In this document: positions 36,830-49,256 of the stretch, in pieces
Numbering within the stretch: position 1 is the stretch's first letter
Layout: each line of letters begins with the position of its first letter
Assembly: GCF_006345805.1 (NCBI RefSeq)
Contig: NC_042998.1
Span: 47,678,001-47,742,000, forward strand
Direction: 5' to 3'
DNA: 64,000 nucleotides
From: Octopus sinensis
Lineage: Eukaryota
Made by a program: the position numbers and the translations under genes
The notes under the pieces: model-generated
What the model saw: only the letters and a program-made list of their open reading frames with translations
The model's database searches: none
Told to the model about the DNA's origin: nothing

Positions 36830-37820
36830 TTTTATCTTTAATCTTTTTACACGTTTCAGTCATTAGACTGCGGCCATGCTGAGGCACCACCTTGAAAAAT
36901 GTTTAGTCAAATGAATCGATCTCAGTATTCTTTTTTAAAGCCCGGTACTTATTCTGTCGGACTCCTTTATCGAACCGTTAAGTTACGGGGACGTAAACAC
37001 ACCAACACCGGTTGTCAAACGGTACTGGGGGACAAACACTGACACACACACACACACACACTTTGGTTTCTTTTAGTTTCCGTCTGCCAAATCTACTCAC
37101 CAACCTTTGGTCAGTCCGAGGCTTTAGGAGAAGATACTTTCCCGAGATGCCACATAGTTGGACTGAATCTGGAACCATGTAATTTGAAAGCAAGCTTCTT
37201 ATTCCTTTATTGCCCACAAGAGGCTAAAAACGTAGAGGGGACAAACAATGACAGACAAATGGATTAAGTCGATTATATCGACCCCAGAGCGTAACAGGTA
37301 ATTAATTTATCGATCCCGAAAGGATGAAAGGCAAAGTCGACCTCGGCGGAATTTGAACTCAGTATGTAGCGGCAGACGAAATACCTATTTCTTTACTACC
37401 CACAAGGGGCTAAACACAGAAGGGACAAACAAGGACAGACAAACGGATTAAGTCGATTATATTGACCCCAGTGCGCAACTGGTACTTATTTAATCGACCT
37501 CGAAAGGATGAAAGGCAAAGTCGACCTCGGCGGAAACGTAAAGACAGATGAAATACCTATTTCTTTACTACCCACAAGGGGCTAAACACAGAGAGGACAA
37601 ACAAGGAGAGACAAACGGATTAAGTCGATTATATCGACCCCATGCGTAACAAGTAATTAATTTATCGACCCCAAAAGGATGAAAGGCAAAGTCGACCTCG
37701 GCGGAATTTGAACTCAGAATGTAGCGGCAGACGAAATACTGCTAAGCATTTCGCCCGGCGTGCTAACGTTTTTGCCAGCTCGCCGCCTTTTTACCACACC
37801 GCCACCCCTGTTGATTTTTT
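36830..37820 (-). mobile_element. SINE B interrupted in its head by a SINE A trimer (37200-37790)
   Basis: The B head breaks at AAGCAAGCTTCTT (~37200) and resumes TTACCACACCGCCAC (~37791); three A bodies and one A head lie between. Confidence 0.9.
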
Positions 37821-38199
37821 TTTCCTTCGTGGCTTAGACAGAAAAGAAAGTGACAGTGCTCTTTAATTTTTGCTTGTCCTCCGAGACTCATGAGAAAAAA
37901 AAAACAACTGTGCGTCATTGGTTGTATTATCTTCTATCACAACCAGCATTCAGCATTCTAAAATTATCATTAAAATTCTGAGTGCTTGAAATTGAATGTA
38001 CTACACTATTGTCACCTAACGATGTTGAACTAAAAGGGACAACTGGATTTAGCCTACCGAACAAAAAAAAATGTGTGTTTGTTGGGGAAGGGTCCGTGCG
38101 TGCACATGTACATGAAATCGTAAAGAGACTGACTGATTCAAGACAAAATATTCATTTCTGAAGTAATGGTCTTCAATCTTCCTCATATGCCATTACTCT

Positions 38200-38595
38200 T
38201 TTCTTCTCTAGGCCCAAGGCCCGAAATTTGGGGGAAGATTCCAGTCGATTAGATCGACCTCAGTATGCAACTGGTATATAATTTATCAACCCAGTAAGGA
38301 TGAAAGGCAAAGTCGACCTCGGCAGAATTTGAACTCAGAACGTAAAGACAGACGAAAAACCTATTTCTTTACTACCCACAAGGAGCTAAACACAGAGGGG
38401 ACAAACAAGGACAGGCAAACGGATTAGGTCGATTACATCGACCCCAGTGCGTAACTGGTACTTAATTTATAGACCCCCGAAAGGATGAAAGGCAAAGTCG
38501 ACCTCGGCGGAATTTGAACTCAGAACGTGACGGCAGACGAAATACCACTCAGCATTTCACCCGGCGTGCTAACGGTTCAGCCAGCTTGCCGCCTT
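38200..38595 (-). mobile_element. SINE family A dimer with two different tails
   Basis: One head, two bodies; junction GACGAAAAACCTATTTCTTT at ~38351-38370. Confidence 0.9.
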
Positions 38596-38789
38596 ATATG
38601 CCATTGTTGCTATTCCAGTACTTATAGACATTGTGGATTTGATGGTACACCAATTCGGCAAGTTGTTTTGCTTTGCCTTACAAACATCTTAATAAGCATA
38701 TGTATACGCTTCTGTACACTCTGCTTCGTTCAATGGAAAATACGCCGTTGCACACATCGGTCAGGGCTCCTTCTAAAAATTGCAGTGAG

Positions 38790-38950
38790 GATATATGGAA
38801 TTTGCTGAGTTCAAATTCCGCCGAGGTTGACTTTGTCTTTCATCCCTTCGGGGTCGATAAATTATGTACCAGTTTCGTACTGGGGTCGATCTAGTTGACT
38901 GCCCCCAACTCCTCCAAAATTTTGGGCTTTGTGCCTAGAGCAGAAAAGGA
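38790..38950 (+). mobile_element. SINE family A, partial
   Basis: GAGTTCAAATTCCGCCGAGG...GTGCCTAGAGCAGAAAAGG. Confidence 0.85.
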
Positions 38951-39059
38951 TATATGGAATCTGGATTGAGACGATTAGTTGCAGTAGTTTGGGCGTTCAC
39001 GATTTGGCATGATTGACTGATCATCCGCTAGTTTTAGCGACAATACCTTTTTGGCGCAG

Positions 39060-39071
39060 GAGAAGGAAGGA

Positions 39072-39127
<56 letters not shown>

Positions 39128-39242
39128 AAAGAAAAACGAAAGAAAAGTAGATAGAAAGGAAGGGAAAAAAGGAAGAAAGAAAGAAAGGAAGAAAGAGAAA
39201 AGGAAAGAAAGGAAGAAAGAAACAAACAAACAAACAAACAAA
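39060..39242. repeat. (AAAG)n / (AAAC)n microsatellite
   Basis: Direct reading. Confidence 0.95.
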
Positions 39243-39589
39243 GTGATAGTCATTGTCAAAGTTTGACTATTCATTGTTATTCTTTTCGTTTTGTCTTTTC
39301 ATTTTTTTAATTATGTGTAATTGTTTCCTAACTTTTTTTTTCCTCCAAGAGCAGGTTGATTGGTGCAGCCTAGCTTCAGGATAGCAACTCTCACCGTTAT
39401 CCTAGAAGAAGAAGTGATGCTTACAAAATATAGAATATAAAACTATAAAATATATTTTTCATATGCACAGAAATTTCCAAGGGCATCCGTATTTTACTAC
39501 ACCCAGGCAAAGGGAGTTAATTAAATACGTGAAAGCCTTCTATTGACAAAATAGAAAATTCAGTAAAATTTTGGTAAAAAAAATTTTCA

Positions 39590-39880
39590 GGCGCAGCGTG
39601 GCTGTGTGGTAAGAAGTTTGTTTCCCACCCTCATGATTCCGAGTTCAGTTCGACCGTGTGACACCTTCGGTCAGTGTTTTCACTATAACCTCGGGTCGAC
39701 CAAAGCCTTGTGAGTGAATTTGGTAGACGGAAACTGAAAAAGCCTGTCGTGTGTGTGTCATTGAGTTGTGTTTGTCCTCCACCACCGCTTGACAACCAGT
39801 GATAGTGTGTTTACGTCACCGTAACTTAGCGGTTCGGCAAAAGAAGCTGATAAAATAAGTACTAAGCTTTAAAAAATAGT
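39590..39880 (+). mobile_element. SINE family B, 3' truncated
   Basis: GGCGCAGCGTGGCTGTGTGGTAAG...GTAACTTAGCGGTTCGGC. Confidence 0.85.
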
Positions 39881-40349
39881 AATTTCTTGAATATGCACAA
39901 AGCCACATTTTGTCTTGGTGGGGACAACATAGTCGTTTATATGACGCCAGTCTGTTACCTATTTCACAGGCCCCTAAAATGATGGGTAGCTAGACCAGCA
40001 GCGGCGATATTTGAACTTTGAACATGAAGTAATAAAGTAAATATCACAATTTTTTTTTTTATCCTGATGTTCTGCCAATTCATGTAATCCACTGCTTTTA
40101 TAAGAGAAATAGTGATTGAATGTGCGTTCGGTTAGCTCTGCCCCAGTATATAACAGTTACCCATTTTATCATATTTGAAAGAATGAAAGGTAAATTTCAC
40201 CACGATGAAATTTGATCTCTGAACATGCAAGAGCAAGCCAATGAATTCAACAAGGCATTTTCTTCAGATGATCTGCTAATTATTCCAGTTTACTATCTTG
40301 TAAAAGCCGATTCGAATAGCTTCGATGTAAAAATATAAGAAACTTAAAT

Positions 40350-40535
40350 CCCTCCCTACCATCGCTTGACAACCGATGCTGATGTGTTTACGTCCCCGTA
40401 ACGCAGCGGTTCAGCAAAAGAGCCAGATAGAATAAGTACTAGGCTTACAAAGAATAAGTTCTGGGATCGATTTGCTTGACTAAAGGCGGTGCTCCAGCAT
40501 GGCCGCTGCCAAATGATTGAAACAAATAAGAGAAT
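40350..40535 (+). mobile_element. SINE family B 3' half
   Basis: ATCGCTTGACAACCGATG...GGCGGTGCTCCAGCATGGCCGC. Confidence 0.85.
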
Positions 40536-41529
40536 TAAACAATTTTTAAAAGTATTAACCTATAAATTTGTAGACATAATCCGTCGGTCTGTTTGACTCC
40601 ACCATCTGACATTACAAGCCTTTTAGCGAAGCACTCACTGTTACAAGCGTTCAAGCCAAGTGATCGGTGTGAGAAGTGAAGAATTCCCTATCTTCACCTT
40701 CCTTCCAATAATCTTGAAGTCCTTGCAAAAAGGTTCAGTGGCGTTGCCTTTCTTCAGCATCTGACTAAATCATTAAGAAAAACAAGTAAAAGGACACAAG
40801 ACCAGAGTCTTCTATGTCTTAAGCATTTCTGTAAAAATAATATTTCCTTGCGTGGAGTCAGTAGAATATTTTTTCTTTGTCAGCTTAAGTAGATGAATAA
40901 GAGTGTATAGGAGTGTGTGTGTGTGTGTGTGTGTAGTGGTAGACCACTACTAGACACTCCGTTTATCAACACTTACTAATGTAAGCTTGATCGTCGAAAA
41001 GGACCAAAAACGAAAAGCAAGATTGTGCAGAATAAGAATTAAATTTTACTAAGAAAAAAAAAAATAAATAAATAAACAAATATAAAAATAAAATGGAAAA
41101 ACCAAAAAAATAATCAAAAATCAAAAAAATTCTAGACAAGTCATTTTTTTAAAATAAACAATTTACTGGGATTGGAGCACCAGCTAAAGCTATTCCGCAA
41201 CAATTCGCAAAGTTTCATACATGAACAAAAACAAAAACAAAAACAAAAGCATGCCCGCAAATGATCCATGTGACACACACAACAGCTATATCGGCTGAGT
41301 CAACAACGTTGATATCTCATCAGCTAATAACAAGCAAAAGAAAAATAGTTGGGAAATAAGCAATTGTCATTCGAAATGCCAGCAACTTGACTTTGGATAG
41401 TTAAATGTTTCTTATTTACTTTAAAAATCTACTGAGCGGGGGCTATCAGCCTTTTAGCGAAGTGATAGTAAGTAACATGTTGATAAAACTGAAGTATGGT
41501 CGTATAGTCAACAACGCAAACGTAAACAA

Positions 41530-41539
41530 ATATATATGC

Positions 41540-41606
<67 letters not shown>

Positions 41607-41751
41607 TGTACGCGCGCGTGTGTGTGCGTGTGTGTGTGCGTGTGTGTGTGTGTGTAAGGCAACACACATACAGACACAGACACACATACACGCACACACA
41701 CACAGACACACATATGCACAAACACGTACGCACACACACACACGCACACAC

Positions 41752-41784
<33 letters not shown>

Positions 41785-41849
41785 CACACAGACATATTTA
41801 CATATATGTGTGCGTGTGTATGTGTATTCACATGCACGTGTGTGTGCAA

Positions 41850-41920
<71 letters not shown>

Positions 41921-42360
41921 GTGTGTACATAAGTATGTATACATACGTGAATTTATATATACATATATACACATATATATATATATGTATATATATATAT
42001 GTGTGTGTATGTGTGTATGTATATATGTGTGTGTGCGAGCGCGCATGCGTAAAAATATATAGATATTTTAAGTGCGCAAGCGTGTATGCTTGTGAAAAAA
42101 GTCAATGCACATTTCATGTTCTGCTTATTACAGTGTTATTATAACAACTAGCAGAAACATAAACGACGTTAAGTTGATGGAATCGGTGGGGGTGTCCTAC
42201 CCAAAGAAAACCCCCAAAAAAGCAAAAAATTGAAGAAATATTTTACATTTATAAACAAAGACATTCACTTGATCTCAGTGACAGTTACCATAGATTATAT
42301 AACAACTATAAACTAACAACATATACACCGTATCTACAATATAACCATTAACCTCTTTAG

Positions 42361-42410
<50 letters not shown>

Positions 42411-42417
42411 GATAATG

Positions 42418-42470
<53 letters not shown>

Positions 42471-42513
42471 GATAATGATAATAATAATAGTAATAATAAT
42501 AATAACGATAATG

Positions 42514-42570
<57 letters not shown>
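41530..42570. repeat. Microsatellites (GT)n, (TA)n and a ~210-bp (AAT)n with repeated AACGATAATG interruptions
   Basis: Direct reading; the (AAT)n tract is at 42361-42570. Confidence 0.95.
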
Positions 42571-42571
<1 letters not shown>

Positions 42572-42911
42572 ATGTCACGATGTCAATCACAGAGTTTCCA
42601 GCAATTAAATAGTGTAGCTAGACAGACCAATTGACTCTATGAACGGAATTAGGTAACGACTGTGATCGCTTAGTTACCAACGAAGTTATTACAAGGCCAA
42701 ACCTATAAAAAGTTTGTTTTGTATATAAATGTGTGTATAAATAAATACGAATGGCGGCTAACCTTAGTCTTATTGAGTTTTATGGAGAAATATAATGCCT
42801 TTACTGGCTGCGTTACATTTCTTCACGATTCTGGTGCCATGTCTAAGCTATATTGTGTATAGTGAGTGTGGTGTGATGTGGTGTGGTGCATGCATATATA
42901 TATATATATAT

Positions 42912-43070
42912 AGGCGTGTCAGTGCGGTAAAATGTTTGCTTCCCAGCCACTTGGTTCCAGGTTCAGTCCCCTTACGTGACACCTTGGGCAAGTGTCTTCT
43001 GCTATTACCTCCGGCTGGCCAAAACCTTGTCAGAGTATTTGGTCGATAGAAACTGAAAGAAGCCCATAGT
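42912..43070 (+). mobile_element. SINE family B head
   Basis: GGTTCAGTCCC..CACCTTGGGCAAGTGTCTTCT..GAAACTGAAAGAAGCCC. Confidence 0.8.
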
Positions 43071-43088
43071 ATGTATGTATATGTATGC

Positions 43089-43134
<46 letters not shown>

Positions 43135-43338
43135 CATACATACATACATATATATACATATATATACACACTATAGCATATATAAATCTGCCGATTTTAC
43201 CGTATTTCCACAGCATGAATATAATAGTGGCTCGCATTTTTAAATGCTTTGAATATTAAGTGATGCTTTTCTTTCAGTAGATGGAGTACCCCTTCACTGA
43301 TTCTGCCAATAATGAAACAGTAAGCTCGTGTGTGTGTG

Positions 43339-43376
<38 letters not shown>

Positions 43377-43380
<4 letters not shown>

Positions 43381-43564
43381 AGAATTCACAAAAAAAAATA
43401 CGAAGATAGGTGGTGTAGACAACAGACAGATGTATTAGTATAACGCTCGGGAAGTGAAAAAGTCTTTAACGTTTCGAGCCTACGCTCTTCCACAGAAAGG
43501 AACACAGAAAGAAACAAGGAGAGAAAATAAAGAATGTACGATGGCTAGCGATCTATTATGGCGA
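43377..43564 (-). mobile_element. Hammerhead-like short element family F between (TA)n runs
   Basis: Motif at 43464-43499 is identical to the 30955-30990 motif. Confidence 0.9.
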
Positions 43565-43580
43565 ATATATATATATATAT

Positions 43581-44007
43581 AATTAAGGATATTGAGAAAC
43601 AGCGCCTACATGCTAGATATAGACGCCAAATGATTTTAAAAACACTTAAATTACACTCCATTAGCACAAGGCTGAAAGCGAAGAAATGAAAAAACAGAGA
43701 TTTAGTAAAACTTTTTTTTAGGTTAATTCTCGATTGTTCGATTTCTGGTTTAGTAATAAAATTACTTTACCGTCATCAGTAGAATAGACCAAAAGTACTG
43801 CTGACTACGGTAAAGTAATTGTATGGTTAAATCAGAAATCAGACGATCTAGAATTAACCTAAAAAATATTTTTACTAAATCTCTTTTATTCATTTCCTTG
43901 CTTTCAGCCTTGTGCTAATGGAATGTAATTTGAAGTGGTTTTAGAGTCATTTGACGTCTATCTCTAGCATGTAGTGATAAGATCATTAATTGATTTTGTC
44001 CTTAATT
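43581..44007. repeat. ~430-bp imperfect foldback palindrome
   Basis: Paired segments include CTACATGCTAGA/TCTAGCATGTAG, CCATTAGCACAAGGCTGAAAGC/GCTTTCAGCCTTGTGCTAATGG, AATTACTTTACCGT/ACGGTAAAGTAATT; ends AATTAAGGA/TCCTTAATT. Confidence 0.92.
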
Positions 44008-44042
44008 ATGTATGCAGATATATGTGTGTGTTTGTTTGTTTT

Positions 44043-44068
<26 letters not shown>

Positions 44069-44073
<5 letters not shown>

Positions 44074-44272
44074 CCGCGTGTGTATCGTTGGCGATTTTCT
44101 TTCTCCGTCTTCCCTTCCTTGGACCTTTCCTTTTTCTATGTTTCTGACGAAGAGCTCCGCTCGAAACGTTAAATCCTCCTTCTTTCTTTCCTTTCCTGAG
44201 CGTCCAATAACACTAAACTTGTTCCACGTATTCGCGTTGTTGTGTTTTCCCTTTGTTCATGTATGGATTAAC
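44069..44272 (+). mobile_element. Hammerhead-bearing short element family E, ending in (TA)n
   Basis: Motif at 44140-44174 is gttt-CTGACGA-A-GAGC-tcc-GCTC-GAAA-CG-T-T-aaat. Confidence 0.9.
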
Positions 44273-44283
44273 TATATATATAT

Positions 44284-44338
<55 letters not shown>

Positions 44339-45094
44339 CAGGATATTCCGGTGATCTGATGAGTTAACTTTGCTTCCTTTATTTGTTGTATTAATTTGTG
44401 AATTTACAATTGTATTTTATAATACTAAGCATACATGTTAATGCAAATATGTACGTATAATGTTTTTGCAAACTGAAATTAATATTAGATAAATAATTAA
44501 TATCGCATAAATATTTTCAATTAATTGATGTCTTTCAACTCACTGTGAAACCTTACCGTTTAAAGATATTTGAGTGGTGTAATTTCTAAGCAATTTAGTT
44601 TGTTGCTTTTTTTTCTTTTTTCTTTTTCGGTTGGAATATATTTATTAGTTTGTTAACCCAATCGGTCAACTGCCTGTTCTAACATGTAACAGAAGTGGAG
44701 TCACACCGATATGTCTTACTGTTTATGACAACAGCGACGACAACGATGGTGGTGGTGGTGGTGGTGGTGGTGGTAGAGGTTGTGGTGGTGACGGCGGTGT
44801 CGGTGCTAGTGTCCATTTTTGTTGTTTTTCATTTTGTTGCTATTTAACTAGAAATCAACCTTTATCGAGCAAATCTATGATAAAAGGTAGTTCCCTTCCC
44901 GCACTTCCTTTCCGAACCATCCTATCTTTAAGGAGCGGCTATGTAAGATTACATTACTTAATGTGTCTCGCGTCCATTTTCTTAGACAGCAGTGAAATTT
45001 GTGGGAGGCTTGGTTGCTATTCCTAGCAGGCTAAACAATCACGCAAAGGTTCCTTTGTTGGTGTATTAGTATAGTTGATAGCTTAGCTTTCATG

Positions 45095-45383
45095 GGAACT
45101 GGCCCTGTGGCGCAACGGTAGCGCGTCTGACTCCAGATCAGAAGGCTGCAAAGGCGGAGAGCTGGCAGAAACGTTAGCACGCCGGGCGAAATGCTTAGCG
45201 GTATTTTATCTGCCATTACGTTCTGAGTTCAAATTCCGCCGAGGTCGACTTTGCCTTTCATCCTTTCGGGGTCGATAAATAAAGTACTAATTACGCACTG
45301 GGGTCGATGTAATCGACTTAATCCGTTTGTCTGATCTTGTTTGCCCCGTCTATGTTTAGCCCCTTATGGGCAATAAAGAAATA
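45095..45383 (+). mobile_element. Chimeric retrocopy: tRNA-Trp 5' part plus full SINE A, with 18-bp TSD
   Basis: GATAGCTTAGCTTTCATG at 45077-45094 and 45384-45401 brackets both parts. Confidence 0.92.
45101..45149 (+). pseudogene. tRNA-Trp(CCA) 5' fragment (about nt 1-50); T-arm and 3' acceptor strand missing
   Basis: GGCCCTG-TGGCGCAACGGTAGCGCG-TCTGA-CT-CCA-GA-TCAGA-AGGCTGC; D arm and anticodon arm match animal tRNA-Trp; anticodon at 45133-45135. Confidence 0.92.
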
Positions 45384-45780
45384 GATAGCTTAGCTTTCAT
45401 GATAAGAGAAAACAACATAATTCAATGAAAGGCATTGAGTGACGGAATCTGTGGAATGTCTTCTTTAATGCCGTATTGCCATATTTAGTTACATTCTGAG
45501 TTCAAACCCCGACGGAGTAAGATTTGTCATTCCTAATTCTCATATTGTTGGGGTCGATATTATCGATTGTTCACTCTGTTTAGTTTGTGCCTTGTACCTG
45601 CGTTTGAAAAAATCATTTCTGCAGACTCCGAACGAGAAGATGTGAACATACTTTAGCAGACCATGTATAGTTCAGAAGAGGGTGGCAATGAGTTTTCCAG
45701 CAGAAACAGTTGAGGGTGGTTCGGTAACTCGCCTGACAGCAGTAACCACGACAATGACAATGAAGCGTGTTATAGAACTC

Positions 45781-46013
45781 TCTTTACTCTTTTACTCTTT
45801 TACTTGTTTCAGTCATTTGACTGTGGCCATGCTGGAGCACCACCTTTGGTCGAGCATATCGACTCCAGGACTTATTCTTTGGATGCCTAGTACTTATTCT
45901 ATCGGTCTGTTTTGCCGAACCGCTAAGTTACGGGAACGTAAACACACCAACATCGGTTGTCAAGCGATGTTATGGGGACAAACACATACATACAAACAAA
46001 TACACACACATAC

Positions 46014-46086
<73 letters not shown>

Positions 46087-46250
46087 TACGACGGGCTTCT
46101 TTCAGTTTCCGTCTACTAAATCCACACACAAGGCTTTGGTCGGCCCGAGGCTATAGTAGAAGACACTTGCGGAAGGTGCCACGCAGTGGGACTGAACCCG
46201 GAACCATGTGGTTCGTAAGCAAGCTACTTACCACATAGCCACTCCTACGC
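45781..46250 (-). mobile_element. Full-length SINE family B with internal (TA)n
   Basis: Complete head, core and (AAAAGAGT)n tail; matches 63350-63745. Confidence 0.95.
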
Positions 46251-46452
46251 GTTTTTGCAAAACTTGCTTCAAACTCGATGAAGGCATAGTGGCAGATTAG
46301 TATCGCTAAAGATTTAGTTTCCAAGAGTGAACATGGAAAAAGCTAACAGGCCTTTGTAAGGGGATCACTTGTTCCCAAATATCGTGTGGGCCAGACTCGA
46401 AGAGCACTTTCACTCCATATTTCATTTTATTTAACATGTATTTTATATAATA

Positions 46453-46749
46453 CTAGCAATATCGCCCGGCGTTGCTCGGGTTTGTAAGGGAAATAACTAT
46501 ATAAGCATTTTTAGAGAGTTACTTCCCTTATATAATAGCTAAAAAATGCATTAAAATGGAAAAAAATGATGGTAATTTTTTTTTTAATCGTAGACTCATC
46601 GTAGACGCGCGCTAATACCCAGAAGGGCTCGATATGAATCACGACTATAAGATACCCGGTTTTGGTTAAACTGCACCGCAAAATGTGGGAGTAGTTAGGA
46701 ATCTAAATCGTAGGAGACAGACACACAACTTCACTTTTATATATAAAGA
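46453..46749 (-). mobile_element. Non-autonomous Helitron (~297 bp)
   Basis: Minus strand starts TCTTTATATATAAAAG and ends CCCGAGCAACGCCGGG hairpin + CGATATTG + CTAG|T; no TSD or TIR. Confidence 0.85.
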
Positions 46750-47194
46750 ATATGATTATTCTGTGTTGTGATTAATGTTTTAATACTTTCATTGCATGTC
46801 TTAGCTCTCCCACTTTTTTTATGACTTTGTTTTGTCCATTCACAAATATTTTATAACACATATGTTTAAATGTTTCATTGTATGTGTGTTCATTTATGAC
46901 TAATAAAGAAAAGATCGTCATTAGTACTGTTATTATTGTTGACGCTATTGTTGTGCTTTGAGATAGTCAGGCATTGAGATTACATGGAAAAATATTTTTG
47001 ATACGAAATTTCTAAACAAGGACGTAGGAATACAATTAATTGCATTAAATCTCCTTCCTTTGTAAAAAAAAAACTTTAATTTAAAAAGAAATATTTTGTT
47101 TCTACCATTTATAAATGACTACAGTGTTTAAAAATACACCCCAAATTCGAACGTAAACTAATGCGTTTTTACAAACAGTAGAGAGAAGAGAAAA

Positions 47195-47410
47195 AGGCGG
47201 CGAGCTGGCAAAAACGTTAGCACACCGGACAAAATGCTTAGCAGTATTTCGTCTGTTTTTTACGTTCTGAGTTCAAATTCCGCCGAGGTCGACTTTGCCT
47301 TTCATCTTTTCGGGGCCCATAAATTAAGTACCAGTTGCGTACTGGGGTCGATCTAAACGACTGGAACCCCTCTCCAAAAATTTCGAGCCTTGTGCCTAGA
47401 ATAGAAAAGA
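47195..47410 (+). mobile_element. Full SINE family A with a short AG-rich duplication at both flanks
   Basis: GAGAAGAGAAAA precedes the head and follows the tail. Confidence 0.9.
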
Positions 47411-48353
47411 GAGAAGAGAAAAGAAACAGACCCAGTTTTTCAATGGTTTGTATATTTTTCAAAAGAATCAAATACTAATTTTCTGACAGAATATAACTTA
47501 ATTTTGAGCAATATAAATGACTTGCATAACGATAACAGCATCAACAACAATAATAACACGTATCGATGTGTTTCGCACAAGCGAAGAAATTAATGGAGAG
47601 TTCTAATTGAGTAACAGGGAAAATTTTTCCAGCTTCCTTGCTTTCGCTGGACCTACATAAAACAGGTGTTCGTTAGATACAAATTATCTGACTGAGAAAT
47701 GGTTTGGTCAGTAGGGGTGTGTGATAAGAGAAGAAACAGTCTTTTTTTTTTTTTTCGGACAGCCAGAGAAAAGAAAATTATCTGTCCACCTCGAAAGATA
47801 CTAAGGCTTTTCTCATACTTCCAAAAAGTAACTGAAGACGGCCCTTGCCTTACCACTGTATAGAATAATCTATTTCCCACTGACTGAGATATAGAGTATG
47901 AAACCAGATGCATCATATTAATAACAGAGGACGATATGAAAAAGGCGGAGCTGATAAATTAGTCACCTGCTCAGAAGCTCGTATTAAAATACTTGAATCA
48001 GTACAAAAAGTTACAGCAAAAGGACATTCGAGACGACATTGACTCTTGATTCATTGTCACTTATGTAACACAGTACGAGCAGGTAATGAACGCTGAAATA
48101 ACCATGCATGGTACATGGTTACGTTTCGAGCTACGCTGATATATTAGTCTAATGACACCAAAGGACAAAAAGAAAAAATCCCGGAGCCATGCTTATTTGT
48201 GGCGAAAGCCGTGGTGTGACTGTTGGTATAGGGAAGAAAGCTCAAGTGTTACATTTCTGGCAATAAGAGTAACTTCAGAAATTTCGGCTCTAAACAAGTA
48301 GGAAAAATACAGAAAGAGATAGTAGCGATATCAGTAAAATTTAGAGAAGATTC

Positions 48354-48771
48354 GGATCTTTTCGGTTTGAACGGCAGTTTTTAACATAATTTCTAGGTTA
48401 CTAAAAAAATTTTCAACTTCGTATACTGGTAGAATGTGTTTATAAAACATCTTTTTCTTTTGGTTTTATTGAGAAAATTCTATAGTTTGTAAGATATTTG
48501 TTGTTGTTTTTTCTTCAATTTCTGCAATTTCAACCAATCACTGACATCTATTGAGGTAAAAAAAACATTCTGTGCCGTATGAATATGTCCCTCGTTTAAG
48601 AAACAGATTGGGTTTATTTACATTTGTGAAGAAAAAAAGATATCCTTCCCCCCACCCTAACCCTAACCCTAAAACATTGAAATGCAATAGATCGATACTA
48701 GGGTCATAATTATGCGTGACAATTTCATATGACACCGCTAGAAAAAACTGCCGTTCAAACCGAAAAGATCT
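48354..48771 (-). mobile_element. MITE with GG-initiated TIRs, 8-bp TSD and internal (CCCTAA)3
   Basis: GGATCTTTTCGGTTTGAACGGCAGTTTTT ... AAAAACTGCCGTTCAAACCGAAAAGATCT; TSD GAAGATTC at 48346-48353 and 48772-48779. Confidence 0.93.
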
Positions 48772-49223
48772 GAAGATTCTGCTGACTGCTGTTCCAAAAG
48801 CATCAGGAATTGTAACTCCAGAAACGTCGGAAATGATGCTTCTTTCTCGAGGGTACTAGTATAATTGAACAAGTAGAAATTATTGTTTTTGTTTCCTATA
48901 TAATATCTAAAGAATATCGGGGATATTTTCCTAAGACCCTTTGTGATAGTCGGTTGTTGTGTCTTAGCTCTAAATTTACCTTATACTACACTCTGCAATT
49001 TAATAACAAAGAAAGGGCATTTCCCTTAATGCTGAAGTTTGAAATTTGTAATGTGTCATAGTTTACTGTAGCTGGGTGTTCCCCTTTTGGGACATATATA
49101 AGTTATAATATAATGTCTATTCATTTTACACACACACACACACACACACACTTTTTACTTATTTTTTTACGCTCATTGTAAAAGACCCATTTGTTAACCT
49201 TTTGGGAAATTATTATTATTATC

Positions 49224-49256
<33 letters not shown>

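Noticed and set aside
40639-40828. Possible minus-strand exon (TTTTTACAG acceptor, GTGAGT donor)
   Set aside because: All three frames contain stops and no partner exons are evident; a non-coding exon cannot be supported without RNA data.
45101-45172. Functional tRNA-Trp gene
   Set aside because: The T arm and 3' acceptor strand are absent and replaced by SINE sequence.
47930-48850. Decayed DNA transposase around the MITE
   Set aside because: It looks coding-like but has no motif I can assign with confidence.
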